In this document: piece after piece, positions 10,683-22,079 of the stretch
Layout: each line of letters opens with the position of its first letter
Numbering within the stretch: the stretch's first letter is position 1
Origin: Peptococcaceae bacterium
GTDB taxonomy: Bacteria; Bacillota; Peptococcia; DRI-13; PHAD01
Length of the DNA stretch: 64,000 nt
Reading direction: 5' to 3'
NCBI GenBank assembly: GCA_040767105.1
Contig: JAXGPE010000001.1
Span: forward strand, 68,562-132,561
Made by a program: the position numbers and the translations under genes
The notes under the pieces: generated by a model
What the model was told of the DNA's origin: nothing
The model's input: only the letters and a program-made list of their open reading frames with translations
Database searches by the model: none

Positions 10683-10774
10683 AGGATTAATCAAAACAAA
10701 AAACTACTATTTTCGTAATCTTTGTGTATAATGTGACAAAATACTCGAAAACGTCGATAATAAAAGGATCAGCA

Positions 10775-10804
10775 TGTGGATAAACATGTGGATTGTGTGG
10801 ATAG
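10775..10804. promoter_or_regulatory. three tandem DnaA-box-like 9-mers
   Basis: TGTGGATAA (10775-10783, exact complement of TTATCCACA), TGTGGATTG (10787-10795), TGTGGATAG (10796-10804). All in the same orientation, in the 243-nt gap upstream of the ridA-like gene and downstream of a TATAAT hexamer at 10727-10732. Confidence 0.4.
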
Positions 10805-10879
10805 CAGATCATACGTTCTGTTTGCAGAGCGGGTTGGTAATTATAAAATCAAATAAAATCAAAATAGGAGAGTGCAACG

Positions 10880-11341
10880 ATGTCGATAATTGAACAAAAG
10901 GCTTATTCCTTGGGGCTGAAAATACCGGAAGCACCAAAACCTGTCGCGGCGTATATCCCCGGTGTCATGTCTCAAAAGCTTATCTTTACTTCCGGCCAGC
11001 TTCCTATAGAAAATGGGGAAATCAAATATATTGGTAAAGCCGGAGACAGTATTTCTGCGGAAGAAGCTTATCAGGCGGCAAAATTATGCGCCCTGAACTG
11101 TTTGGGTGTTATCAAAAGCCTGGTCAAGGACCTTGACCAGGTGGAAAGGATCATTAAAATAACGGGTTTTGTGAATAGTACGGAAAGCTTTACTGAACAG
11201 CCACAAGTAGTAAACGGAGCTTCAGAGCTTGTAAGCATTTTGTTCGGTGAAAAAGGCGCACACGCCAGATGCGCGGTGGGAGTGAATTCTTTACCATTAG
11301 GCGTTGTGTGCGAAGTAGAAATGATCGTTCAAGTGCGTTGA
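10880..11341 (+). CDS. RidA/YjgF family protein
   Basis: 153 aa. SD AGGAGAG upstream. YjgF-like C-terminal signature RCAVGVNSLPLGVVCEVEMIV. Confidence 0.8.
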   Translation: MSIIEQKAYSLGLKIPEAPKPVAAYIPGVMSQKLIFTSGQLPIENGEIKYIGKAGDSISAEEAYQAAKLCALNCLGVIKSLVKDLDQVERIIKITGFVNSTESFTEQPQVVNGASELVSILFGEKGAHARCAVGVNSLPLGVVCEVEMIVQVR

Positions 11342-11904
11342 AAAATCGATTCAGTTATTATCATATCCATACGGATATCGTTTTCATCCGAAGGGATAGT
11401 ATCAAGAAGTTGAAAATCATAAGCAAGACCAATTTTAAGGCAGCCGGGACGAAGCTTAGGGATAAAACGGTCGTAATATCCCCCGCCATAACCCAGCCTG
11501 CATCCATGCCGGTCAAAACCTACTCCGGGAATGAGAGCTATATCCACTTTGACCGGCGGGACGGGATTTAAGCTCTGCCAAGAGGGCTCTCTGAGTCCGA
11601 ACAAGCTTTTTTCAAGGTGATCGAAGCTCTCGAGTTTTGATAATAATAATTCTTTTTTTGGCTGACAAACAGGAACCAGGATGACTTTGCCTTTTCCCCA
11701 AGATGAGCTGATCAACGATAAAGTATCGACCTCATTATGTGCTGGTATATAGACCAGGATGGTCTCGGCCGATCCATAACATGAAAGTATCAGGAGTCTT
11801 TCGGTGATCGAAAGCCTTTTTTCGATAATATTTTCAGGTGATAAAGCCTTGCGTGCGGCAAGCAGTTCTTTACGAAGGGCTTGTTTGGCAAGCGACATAT
11901 TCAT
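11329..11904 (-). CDS. 5-formyltetrahydrofolate cyclo-ligase
   Basis: Signature ALIPGVGFDRHGCRLGYGGGYYDRF. Start moved to ATG 11904 (MNMSLAKQALRKELL), preceded by AAGGAG. Convergent 13-nt overlap with the ridA-like gene. Confidence 0.87.
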   Translation of the reverse strand: MNMSLAKQALRKELLAARKALSPENIIEKRLSITERLLILSCYGSAETILVYIPAHNEVDTLSLISSSWGKGKVILVPVCQPKKELLLSKLESFDHLEKSLFGLREPSWQSLNPVPPVKVDIALIPGVGFDRHGCRLGYGGGYYDRFIPKLRPGCLKIGLAYDFQLLDTIPSDENDIRMDMIITESIFQRT

Positions 11905-12074
11905 CTTTTCCTTGCTCCTTTTAGAAAGATGTTTAATCAAATAATAAGTTAAAAAAGACTTCGAGACAATCAAATAAAAATAGACAGAAGAACAAAGCAA
12001 GATGAAAAAGAGAGCATTAAAGAGATATAATAAAATAAATGGTTTTAAACACTAAATATAGCCTATTATGAGAT

Positions 12075-12103
12075 TTGCCATCTGTTTATGCCTAAACTAA
12101 TAT
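12075..12103 (+). promoter_or_regulatory. sigma-A type promoter of groESL
   Basis: TTGCCA (12075-12080) - 17 nt - TAATAT (12098-12103), 12 nt upstream of the CIRCE operator. Confidence 0.6.
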
Positions 12104-12115
12104 TATTAGTGAATA

Positions 12116-12142
12116 TTAGCACTCGACAAAAGAGAGTGCTAA
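12116..12142 (+). promoter_or_regulatory. CIRCE operator (HrcA binding site)
   Basis: Perfect TTAGCACTC-N9-GAGTGCTAA inverted repeat, 30 nt upstream of the groES start. Confidence 0.95.
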
Positions 12143-12171
12143 CAATAAACAATATTTAAAGGGGGTCCAAA

Positions 12172-12459
12172 ATGATGAACATCCGTCCACTTGGAGACAG
12201 AGTAGTTGTAAAACCTTTGGCGCAAGAAGAAAAGACCAAGAGCGGCATTGTGCTGCCGGATACTGCCAAAGAAAAACCGCAGCAGGGCGAAGTGCTTGCT
12301 GTAGGAAGCGGGAAAATGCTGGAGAACGGGCAGAGGATTGCCTTGGAAGTTAAAGTTGGGGACAAGGTCATATATTCAAAGTACGCTGGTACTGAAATAA
12401 AGATCGATGGAGAAGAAGTACTGATTTTAAGTGAACGCGACATACACGCGATCGTCTGA
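12172..12459 (+). CDS. groES: co-chaperonin GroES
   Basis: 95 aa. [14 protein letters not shown]...[31 protein letters not shown]. Confidence 0.97.
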   Translation: MMNIRPLGDRVVVKPLAQEEKTKSGIVLPDTAKEKPQQGEVLAVGSGKMLENGQRIALEVKVGDKVIYSKYAGTEIKIDGEEVLILSERDIHAIV

Positions 12460-12484
12460 CGCAGTTGGATAAATTGATCGATAA

Positions 12485-14146
<1,662 letters not shown>

Positions 14147-14152
14147 ACTCGA

Positions 14153-14186
14153 ATGACCCCTGCAAGTGCAGGGGTCATTTTTTTGC
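14153..14186 (+). terminator. rho-independent terminator of groESL
   Basis: ATGACCCCTGCA / TGCAGGGGTCAT stem followed by a T7 run. Confidence 0.85.
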
Positions 14187-14268
14187 CCAAAAGGATGGCT
14201 GGAATTCGGCAGCAAGTTGATATACAATAAAAGTGGAAACTGAAAAGATATAAACTAGTTTCCGGAGG

Positions 14269-14823
14269 TTGGTTATGGAGCAAAAAATTATTGATGCCGC
14301 ATTTAAACTGATCAAAGACAAAGGGATCAAAAAGCTTAATATGGATGATGTCAGCAGAGAATTAAGGATAAGTAAAAAAACGATCTATAAGCATTTTGAA
14401 AGCAAACAGCATCTGATAGTTTCAATACTGGAGGATTTTATCCAAAAGAATTACAGGGAAACAGAAAAGACATTAAAAGGCGAAGAAAACTGGCAGAAAA
14501 AGGTGAAGGGTCTTGTCGCTTCAAGCTACGCAGTGCCAATGCGCCTACTGATCGAAATAAGACGCGATCACCCTGAACAATGGCTGAAAATCGAAGCTCT
14601 GGACAAAAAGAAAATCGAATCATTTTACGGATTGATGCTTCAGGGTGAAGCGCAAAAAGAAATGAACCCGGAAATCCGGCATGAAATCGTTGCACCAATG
14701 CTTAAAGAAATGATGAATGTATTGTTGAGGATGGAGTTTTCTGATGAGCATAATTGGACGATGCGCCAGATATATGGACAGCTGAGTGAAATATTGCTTT
14801 ACGGCATAGTAAAAAGGGTGTGA
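14269..14823 (+). CDS. TetR/AcrR family transcriptional regulator
   Basis: 184 aa. N-terminal HTH MDDVSRELRISKKTIYKHF. Immediately upstream of the RND efflux pair. Confidence 0.85.
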   Translation: MVMEQKIIDAAFKLIKDKGIKKLNMDDVSRELRISKKTIYKHFESKQHLIVSILEDFIQKNYRETEKTLKGEENWQKKVKGLVASSYAVPMRLLIEIRRDHPEQWLKIEALDKKKIESFYGLMLQGEAQKEMNPEIRHEIVAPMLKEMMNVLLRMEFSDEHNWTMRQIYGQLSEILLYGIVKRV

Positions 14824-14832
14824 AGATTCAAG

Positions 14833-15927
14833 ATGAAATGGATCGATAATAAAAAAAAGATCTGGCTGTTGAGTATTTGTGCAGTATTTGCTATGGCTGC
14901 AATTATATGCCTGGTATTATTTTGCCCGGATGAAAACGAACCGATCAACGAACCGGACAAGCCGGTACGGATCATGCTGGCCGCCGAAGAGGAGAGGACA
15001 CAGAGACTGCATTATAACGGAATGGCTTCGGCACTTGAGCTTAGAAAACTGAGTTTTAAATCCGGAGGTGTGCTGCGGGAAATTTATGTTCAAAAAGGTG
15101 ATAGAGTTATAATGGGCGACCGGCTGCTTGGGCTCGAGACGAAGGATCATGAATTGGCTCTTCAAGCTGCAGCAGGAGAAAAGTCTGCAGCCTTTGCCGC
15201 GTACGAGTTCATACTTAATAATCACAAAAGAATAGAAGAACTTTATACAGCCGGAGCAGTTTCTCTTTTAGAACTTGAAAAAAGCGAACTGGAGATGATA
15301 CAGGCAAAAACAGCATATGAAAATTCACAAACACAATATCAGAGTGCGTATAACGCCTTTGAAGATGCTGCGTTAAAAGCCGATATCGATGGTTTTGTTG
15401 AAGAAATACTATACGAACTAGGGGAGTTGATCCCGGGAGGAGCACCCGCAGTAATTATCAGAGGAATTGAACTGGAAATAAAATTTGGTTTGGCAGAAAA
15501 AGATCTGATCAAAGTGCAAAGGGGAACCAAAGCCAGAATGCTTTATGGCGACAAAGAGTTTGATGGTAAGATCGAAAGCATAAAAGGCTATCCCGATAAA
15601 CAAACGTGGACTTATTCGGCAAGCATCAGCATCATTCCGGGATCCTCGGTAACATTTTCTGAGATCCCGATCGGCGCAAATATAGAGATATTATTGGAAA
15701 CCGGCCAGGAAAGAGGTTTTTATTTACCTTTATCTACGATAAAAAATGATGGAAAAAGTTTCGTGTATATAGTTGATGAAGATTTAATCGTACAGCGCAG
15801 GTATATTGAATTGATAACGGCGTACGACAGCGAGGTCTTAGTTCGGGGGCTTGAGGCCGGAGAAAAGGTCATCATTGAAGGCAGCAAGGGCTTGGAAGAA
15901 AATGATAAGGTTCGGCTTATGCCATAG
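14833..15927 (+). CDS. efflux RND transporter periplasmic adaptor (HlyD/MFP family)
   Basis: 364 aa. N-terminal TM anchor, lipoyl-like GDRV..GDRLL, coiled-coil segment, beta-barrel C-terminus. Followed by the RND permease. Confidence 0.82.
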   Translation: MKWIDNKKKIWLLSICAVFAMAAIICLVLFCPDENEPINEPDKPVRIMLAAEEERTQRLHYNGMASALELRKLSFKSGGVLREIYVQKGDRVIMGDRLLGLETKDHELALQAAAGEKSAAFAAYEFILNNHKRIEELYTAGAVSLLELEKSELEMIQAKTAYENSQTQYQSAYNAFEDAALKADIDGFVEEILYELGELIPGGAPAVIIRGIELEIKFGLAEKDLIKVQRGTKARMLYGDKEFDGKIESIKGYPDKQTWTYSASISIIPGSSVTFSEIPIGANIEILLETGQERGFYLPLSTIKNDGKSFVYIVDEDLIVQRRYIELITAYDSEVLVRGLEAGEKVIIEGSKGLEENDKVRLMP

Positions 15928-15941
15928 AGGGAGGAAGCATA

Positions 15942-18900
15942 ATGAACAATGATTTTCTCCGTCGAATAATTCTCAACAGAAAGGTAAGTATCTTTCTTGT
16001 ATTATTACTTATGCTCTTTGGTGCATATAATTACTTACTGCTGCCCAAACAGGAAAATCCGCAAATAGTCCCTCCGGTCGCTAAAATATCTGCTGTTTAC
16101 CCCGGAGCCTCGGCAGAAGATATTGAAAAACTGATAACTATAAAAATCGAAGATGAGCTTAGGGGTATCCCTGGATATGATTATATGGAGTCATATTCTC
16201 AAAATAGCATATCAACAACTGTTTTATGGCTTATCAATGGTTCGGATGTCGACGAGGCCTGGGAAAAGCTGCGCCAAAAAATGAAAAATATTCAGGATGA
16301 TCTTCCTGAAGGATGCCAGGAAATCATGATCGATACCGAACTGGATAAAACAGCAGGGTTTATTTTAAGCATATCCGGCAAGAGTTATAGCTATGATCAG
16401 CTGGCTTTGTATGCAAATATTCTGAAGCAAGAACTGGCAGGACAAAATGGATTATCTAAAATCGAAATCAAGGGAGAACCACAAAAACAGTATCAGGTTT
16501 TAGTAGATACTGGTTATTTGAACAGAAGCAGTATATCTTTAAACGATTTAGTGGAAAGAATAAAGGCTGAGAATTTAGCACTGCCTTTAGGGAGTGTAAA
16601 TTTACAAAATCAGGAGATCACCGTAAATTCCGGAGGCAGCTTAAAAAATATCGATGATCTAAAAACACTGATAATAGGAGTATCGGCTGATGACGGAAGC
16701 ACTCTGCAACTTCAGGACATTGCCCGTATTGTTGTAAAAAATAAAGAAAACGAGACCCAAATCCGTCAAAATGGGGAAAATGCCGTTTTGCTGGTTGGAT
16801 ATTTTCAGGATGGGATAAATATATTAAATTGCGGGAAAGAATTAAAGCTATGTATAAATAATGTAAAGGATAGCTTCCCTGCTGACTTGGAATTAAAAGA
16901 GATCCTTTATCAACCGACAGATATCCAGGCTTCAATAAATGATCTGATGATCAACCTGTTGCAAGGTATATTCTTTGTTATCATGGTCATTTATTTGGGA
17001 TTGGGCTTAAGAAACGCGCTGGTAGTTTCTTTGGTAATACCTCTTTCTGTGCTCATTACTTTCTCCATGATGAATCTGTTTAACATAGAACTACATCAAA
17101 TAGCAATTGCCGGTTTGATAATTTCTTTAGGTATGCTTGTAGATAATGCGATCGTGATAAGCGATGCTATTCAAGTTAGGCTTGATAGAGGAGAAGAGAG
17201 TCTGCTTGCGTGTGCCGAAGGAGCGAGAGATGTACTGATCCCTGTTCTTACTGCGACATTGACGACCATTGCGGCATACGTGCCGCTTTTGATTCTTCCG
17301 GGTGTCGCCGGAGAGTACATTCGCAGTATACCCCAAATAGTTATTATTGCACTTTCTTCCTCCTATCTTGTAGCTGTTTTCTTTACGCCGATCGCGGCCT
17401 TCCTTTTTTTGAAAAAAAAGGACATGACACAAAAAAGAAAATACTTTTGGGATCTTGTTAAGCGGATCCCACAGGTAGCCATAAATAGAAAGAAGACAAG
17501 CATTTTACTGATTGGAATGATATTTATATTTGCGCTTTTTGCAGCATCTTCACTAAAACTTGTTTTTTTCCCAAAGGCGGATAAACAGATCATATATATG
17601 GATCTACGCAGCGAATTTGCAGAGGACTTCAATAAAACTCTAGAACTGGCGGGCATAACAAACGAGATATTAAGTGAGCAGCCGGAGATAAAAGAAATTA
17701 CAAGTTCGATCGGCGAAAGCCTCCCTAAATTTTTCGTAACATTGCCAAGCCCCCAGCAAGGTTCGGATATAGCTCAAACGCTGATCGCGGTCGATCTAAA
17801 AAGAGGAAAGAGGTTTAGTACCAACACAGAATTTGTTGAATATCTTCAAGGCATCTTTGATGCAAAAATCACCCAGGGAAAGGTCAAAGTAAAAGAACTT
17901 GAGCAAGCTGAACCGGTCGAGGCACCAATCGTGGTTCGCGTTTCCGGGAGTGACCGGGTAGAAATGCAGAAAGCCGCCGGGCAGATACAGGCACTGCTCA
18001 AAGATATTCCAGGAACTGTAAATGTAGGCAACGACGAAGGGAATAGGGAATATCAATATTCGATCGATATTGATCCTATTCGCGCAGCGTACTCAGGTTT
18101 GACGAAATTCGATATACAAAACGAGCTGAATATCGCTTTGGATGGGCGTATTGCATCAAAAATACTCACAGACTCAGGTCTGGAACAGGAAATAGTAATT
18201 CAGGCAGATATTCAAAGTATAGATCAACTGAAGAATTTCGGGGTCAAGTCATCGATAATGATCCAAAAGACAGTCCTGAAACAGTTCGCTGATTTCGAGT
18301 TAACACCGAAGTATACGATGATCAAACGTTATGAACGTGCTAAAACCATAACGGTCACGGCGGATGTTCAATATGGTCACAGTGCGGTCGATATTGAAGA
18401 AAAGCTTAAAAGAGAAGTCGAAAAAATAGATCATCAGGAAATAAAAATCGCATATGACGGTGAAAACAACAAAATCAATAAGTATTTTGGCGATTTAGGC
18501 ATTGCTGCCTTTTTTGCCGCACTCGCAATTTATTTTATCATGCTCATTCAATTCAATTCTTTGCTGCAGCCGCTCATCATCCTGATAACTATACCACTTT
18601 CACTTATCGGATCTGTTTTTGGGTTGCTGATCTTTAAACAGCCTCTATCTTTCACGGCTTTATTGGGAGCTGTGAGTTTGATCGGGATCGTGATCAATAA
18701 TGCGATAATCCTTGTCGATTACATTAACCGACATCGTAAAACAGGAGAGGATCACAGCCGATCCTGCCTTTTGGCTGTCGAAATGAGAACACGCCCAATA
18801 ATACTAACTACCGGAACGACTATATTGGGATTGATCCCATTACTATCCAGCGGGACATTGTTTGTGCCGATGGCAGTCGCTCTTATAAGCGGGCTTCTGG

Positions 18901-18959
18901 TATCAGCCTTGCTCACATTGATGGTCATCCCCATTGTTTATATGGTGCTCGAAAAATAA
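15942..18959 (+). CDS. efflux RND transporter permease (AcrB/AcrD/AcrF family)
   Basis: 1005 aa. Two large extracytoplasmic loops and two 6-TM bundles, GMLVDNAIVI and VINNAIILVD motifs. Confidence 0.92.
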   Translation: MNNDFLRRIILNRKVSIFLVLLLMLFGAYNYLLLPKQENPQIVPPVAKISAVYPGASAEDIEKLITIKIEDELRGIPGYDYMESYSQNSISTTVLWLINGSDVDEAWEKLRQKMKNIQDDLPEGCQEIMIDTELDKTAGFILSISGKSYSYDQLALYANILKQELAGQNGLSKIEIKGEPQKQYQVLVDTGYLNRSSISLNDLVERIKAENLALPLGSVNLQNQEITVNSGGSLKNIDDLKTLIIGVSADDGSTLQLQDIARIVVKNKENETQIRQNGENAVLLVGYFQDGINILNCGKELKLCINNVKDSFPADLELKEILYQPTDIQASINDLMINLLQGIFFVIMVIYLGLGLRNALVVSLVIPLSVLITFSMMNLFNIELHQIAIAGLIISLGMLVDNAIVISDAIQVRLDRGEESLLACAEGARDVLIPVLTATLTTIAAYVPLLILPGVAGEYIRSIPQIVIIALSSSYLVAVFFTPIAAFLFLKKKDMTQKRKYFWDLVKRIPQVAINRKKTSILLIGMIFIFALFAASSLKLVFFPKADKQIIYMDLRSEFAEDFNKTLELAGITNEILSEQPEIKEITSSIGESLPKFFVTLPSPQQGSDIAQTLIAVDLKRGKRFSTNTEFVEYLQGIFDAKITQGKVKVKELEQAEPVEAPIVVRVSGSDRVEMQKAAGQIQALLKDIPGTVNVGNDEGNREYQYSIDIDPIRAAYSGLTKFDIQNELNIALDGRIASKILTDSGLEQEIVIQADIQSIDQLKNFGVKSSIMIQKTVLKQFADFELTPKYTMIKRYERAKTITVTADVQYGHSAVDIEEKLKREVEKIDHQEIKIAYDGENNKINKYFGDLGIAAFFAALAIYFIMLIQFNSLLQPLIILITIPLSLIGSVFGLLIFKQPLSFTALLGAVSLIGIVINNAIILVDYINRHRKTGEDHSRSCLLAVEMRTRPIILTTGTTILGLIPLLSSGTLFVPMAVALISGLLVSALLTLMVIPIVYMVLEK

Positions 18960-19045
18960 TCTGAATATATGAAGTTATGAATTAAAGGAATAAGCAGAAT
19001 CATATCGAAAGCTAAACACTACTGCGGACTATAAGGAGAGCTAAA

Positions 19046-21412
19046 ATGAATAAATGGGAATTAAAAGCGGAAAAATTGAAATATGCATGTCCGAAAGCAG
19101 AATTTAGTTTTAAGACAACAACAGATATCATGCCCTTTGATGGAATAGTCGGCCAGGAAAGAGCGGCGGAAGCTCTGGAATTCGGCCTACAGATAAATAA
19201 ACAGGGCTATAATATTTTTATTAGCGGGGAGACTGGCACGGGAAGAAATAAATACAGCAGATCGCTTATCCAGGAAATTGCTGAAAAAAGTGCCGAGCCT
19301 TCTGACTGGTGCTATCTTTATAATTTTGAATACCCGGATCAGCCTAATATAGTTTGCGTTGGGCGCGGCAAGGGATCAGAGCTCAAGGCAGATATGAAAA
19401 AACTTTTAGAGTCTGTTACCCAAATAATTGCGCAAACACTTAATTCTGAGCAATTTACTAAAGCCAGGCATGGATTGATGCTGGAAATGCAGGAGCAAGA
19501 AAGCAGAATTTTTGCCGAACTGAATGAAATTGCACGGGGTTCAGGACTGGCGCTCAAAAATACCGAACGAGGCGTAATAACTATCCCGCTCAATGATGAG
19601 GGCAATCCGATGGGTGAAGAAGAATTTGCCAAAATATCACCCGAAAAATCAAAAGAAATCGATAAGCATGCTAAAGAGGTCAACCGTCTTGTTTTGGAGG
19701 CATTTAAAAAATTTAAGGATATCGAACTGGAAACGCAGAATAAAATATCTTTTCTTGAAAAGCAGCTCGTTTTTAAATCCATTGAAGAAGATTTTTTGAC
19801 ATTGGCTGAAAAATACAAAGAGTTTTCGGAAGTAAATAAGTATATTGAAAATGTTTTAAAAGATATCATGGCAAATATCAAGCTCTTCCATGAAAAAGAA
19901 GAAAGGCCGGCCTTTGAATTCCTCCTTTTCAAAGGGGATAATGGCTGGGATTTTACTAATCGTTACAAAGTGAATTTGCTTGTAGATAATTCGAAAACCA
20001 AGGGTGCACCTGTTATAGTTGAAAGCAATCCCACCTACTATAATTTGGTAGGCAAGATGGAATATGAAAATCTTATGGGAATAATGAAAACTGATTTTAC
20101 AAAGATTAAGCCTGGAGCTCTGCATATGGCCAACGGGGGCTTTCTGATAATCCAGTGCCGCGAACTACTCATAAATATCAATTCCTGGCACGCTTTAAAA
20201 AGAGCCTTAAAGACAGAAAAAATACACATTGAAAACCTTGGGGAGCAAATAGGTTTGATCCCAACTTCGGCCTTAAGGCCTGAACCTATGCCTCTGAATA
20301 TTAAAATCGTTCTGATCGGAAGTTATTATGAATACAGTTTGCTGTATAATTACGATGATGACTTTAGCAAACTTTTTAAAATCAAAGCTGATTTTGATAC
20401 TGAAATGGATCGAAATAAAGACAATATAGAAAAGATAGCCCAAATAATATGCTATCACTGTCAAAAAGATGATCTGTTGAAATTTGATTCAACAGCATTG
20501 GCTAAGATCATTGAACACAGTTCCAGGCTGGCTGAGCACCAGGGCAAGCTTTCAACACGCTTCAACGATTTGATTGAAATTATTTACGAAGCGGAAGCAT
20601 GGGCCAAGCTTGATAAACGGCGTACCGTCCAAAAGAAACATGTCTTGAAAGCTCTTGCTCAAAAAAAATACAGATCTGCAAAAATCGAGCAAAAGGTAAG
20701 AGAGCTTATTGCAGAGGGTACACTTTTGATTGACACGGCAGAAGCGGTCGTTGGTCAGGTAAACGGACTAACAGTGATAGATTTTGGTGAATATTCTTTT
20801 GGAAAGCCGGTTAGAATAACGGCAAATACCTACATCGGCAAAAGCGGTATTGTCAATATTGAGCGCGAAGTGAAAATGAGCGGTCCGGTACACGATAAGG
20901 GAGTACTGATCCTAAATGGATACTTAGGAGAAAAGTTTGGTAATATATACCCGCTTTCTTTTTCGGCCAGCATTTGTATGGAACAGTCATACGGGAATAT
21001 AGACGGAGACAGCGCTTCAAGTGCTGAACTGTATGCCTTGCTCTCCAGCCTGGCGAAGCTGCCGATCAAACAAGGTATTGCCGTGACCGGTTCGGTAAAC
21101 CAAAAAGGTTTTTTGCAGCCAATAGGCGGAGTAAACCAAAAAATAGAAGGTTTTTTTGCAGTGTGTGAAAATCGCGGTCTAGATGGCGAACAGGGCGTCA
21201 TAATCCCGGAAATAAATGTCAAAAATCTTATGCTTAGTGACGAAGTGATCACCGCAGTAAGAAAGAAGCAGTTTCATATTTATGCTGTAAAAAAAATCGA
21301 ACAGGGCATGGAGATTTTAACCGGTGTGTCTTGGAAGCAAATAATGAAACTTGTGCTAAAAAGGATCGAAGATATCCATAAGTTTTCTCAAAAAGACAGG
21401 ATCGGAGATTGA
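19046..21412 (+). CDS. Lon-like protease (AAA-like N-terminal region + Lon_C S16 domain)
   Basis: 788 aa. IVGQERAAEALEFGL...GYNIFISGETGTGRN. C-terminal Lon proteolytic domain with catalytic Ser context DGDSASSAELYALLS and Lys context GGVNQKIEGFF. Walker A is non-canonical (GTGRNK). Confidence 0.85.
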   Translation: MNKWELKAEKLKYACPKAEFSFKTTTDIMPFDGIVGQERAAEALEFGLQINKQGYNIFISGETGTGRNKYSRSLIQEIAEKSAEPSDWCYLYNFEYPDQPNIVCVGRGKGSELKADMKKLLESVTQIIAQTLNSEQFTKARHGLMLEMQEQESRIFAELNEIARGSGLALKNTERGVITIPLNDEGNPMGEEEFAKISPEKSKEIDKHAKEVNRLVLEAFKKFKDIELETQNKISFLEKQLVFKSIEEDFLTLAEKYKEFSEVNKYIENVLKDIMANIKLFHEKEERPAFEFLLFKGDNGWDFTNRYKVNLLVDNSKTKGAPVIVESNPTYYNLVGKMEYENLMGIMKTDFTKIKPGALHMANGGFLIIQCRELLININSWHALKRALKTEKIHIENLGEQIGLIPTSALRPEPMPLNIKIVLIGSYYEYSLLYNYDDDFSKLFKIKADFDTEMDRNKDNIEKIAQIICYHCQKDDLLKFDSTALAKIIEHSSRLAEHQGKLSTRFNDLIEIIYEAEAWAKLDKRRTVQKKHVLKALAQKKYRSAKIEQKVRELIAEGTLLIDTAEAVVGQVNGLTVIDFGEYSFGKPVRITANTYIGKSGIVNIEREVKMSGPVHDKGVLILNGYLGEKFGNIYPLSFSASICMEQSYGNIDGDSASSAELYALLSSLAKLPIKQGIAVTGSVNQKGFLQPIGGVNQKIEGFFAVCENRGLDGEQGVIIPEINVKNLMLSDEVITAVRKKQFHIYAVKKIEQGMEILTGVSWKQIMKLVLKRIEDIHKFSQKDRIGD

Positions 21413-21504
21413 TTAAGCCGCATAATTTAGTATTATCAGGGTAAAAATTTTGGTATAATCAAATGGTATTCTGGAAATACTGCTCGATGAGGAGAGGTGA
21501 AGAA

Positions 21505-22050
21505 ATGGCTTACGAGATAAGCCGGGTCCTGATCACTGAGGAACAGATCAGACAAAGGGTAAGAGAAATGGGAGAGAAAATAACGCAGGATTATTGTAAT
21601 AAAGATCTTTTTATTGTTTCGATATTAAAAGGATCTGTGATATTCCTGTCTGATCTCATCCGTAACATTTCCCTGCCGGTCCAGTTGGATTTCATGGCGG
21701 TATCCAGTTACGGAACTTCAACTGCAACTTCTGGAGTTGTTCGTATTTTGAAGGATTTAGAGTCCGACATAATCAGTAAGGATATTTTGATCGTCGAAGA
21801 TATCGTTGACACTGGGCTCACACTGAGTTATCTAAAAGAAAGTCTGTATGCAAGGAACCCGGCAAGCTTGAAGACATGCGCGCTTTTAGATAAGCCTGAT
21901 CGCAGGAGAGTGCCTATGGTCCCAGACTATATAGGCTATGAGATCCCTGACGAGTTTGTAGTCGGATATGGACTTGATTGTGACGAGGAATTTAGGAATC
22001 TTCCCTATATTGGAGTCTTAAAGGATTACATAAAAGATAAAAATAGATAG
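21505..22050 (+). CDS. hpt: hypoxanthine phosphoribosyltransferase
   Basis: PRPP motif ILIVEDIVDTGLTL. Start moved to ATG 21505 (MAYEISRVLITEEQI), preceded by GAGGAGAGG. Confidence 0.92.
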   Translation: MAYEISRVLITEEQIRQRVREMGEKITQDYCNKDLFIVSILKGSVIFLSDLIRNISLPVQLDFMAVSSYGTSTATSGVVRILKDLESDIISKDILIVEDIVDTGLTLSYLKESLYARNPASLKTCALLDKPDRRRVPMVPDYIGYEIPDEFVVGYGLDCDEEFRNLPYIGVLKDYIKDKNR

Positions 22051-22079
22051 GAATCAAAGTAATATGAGGGGGAATATTT

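Noticed and set aside
10775-10804. DnaA-box cluster as the chromosomal origin (oriC)
   Set aside because: No dnaA, dnaN or rpmH nearby. Only three boxes, all in one orientation, and no adjacent AT-rich unwinding element with 13-mer-like repeats. Kept only as a possible secondary DnaA site.
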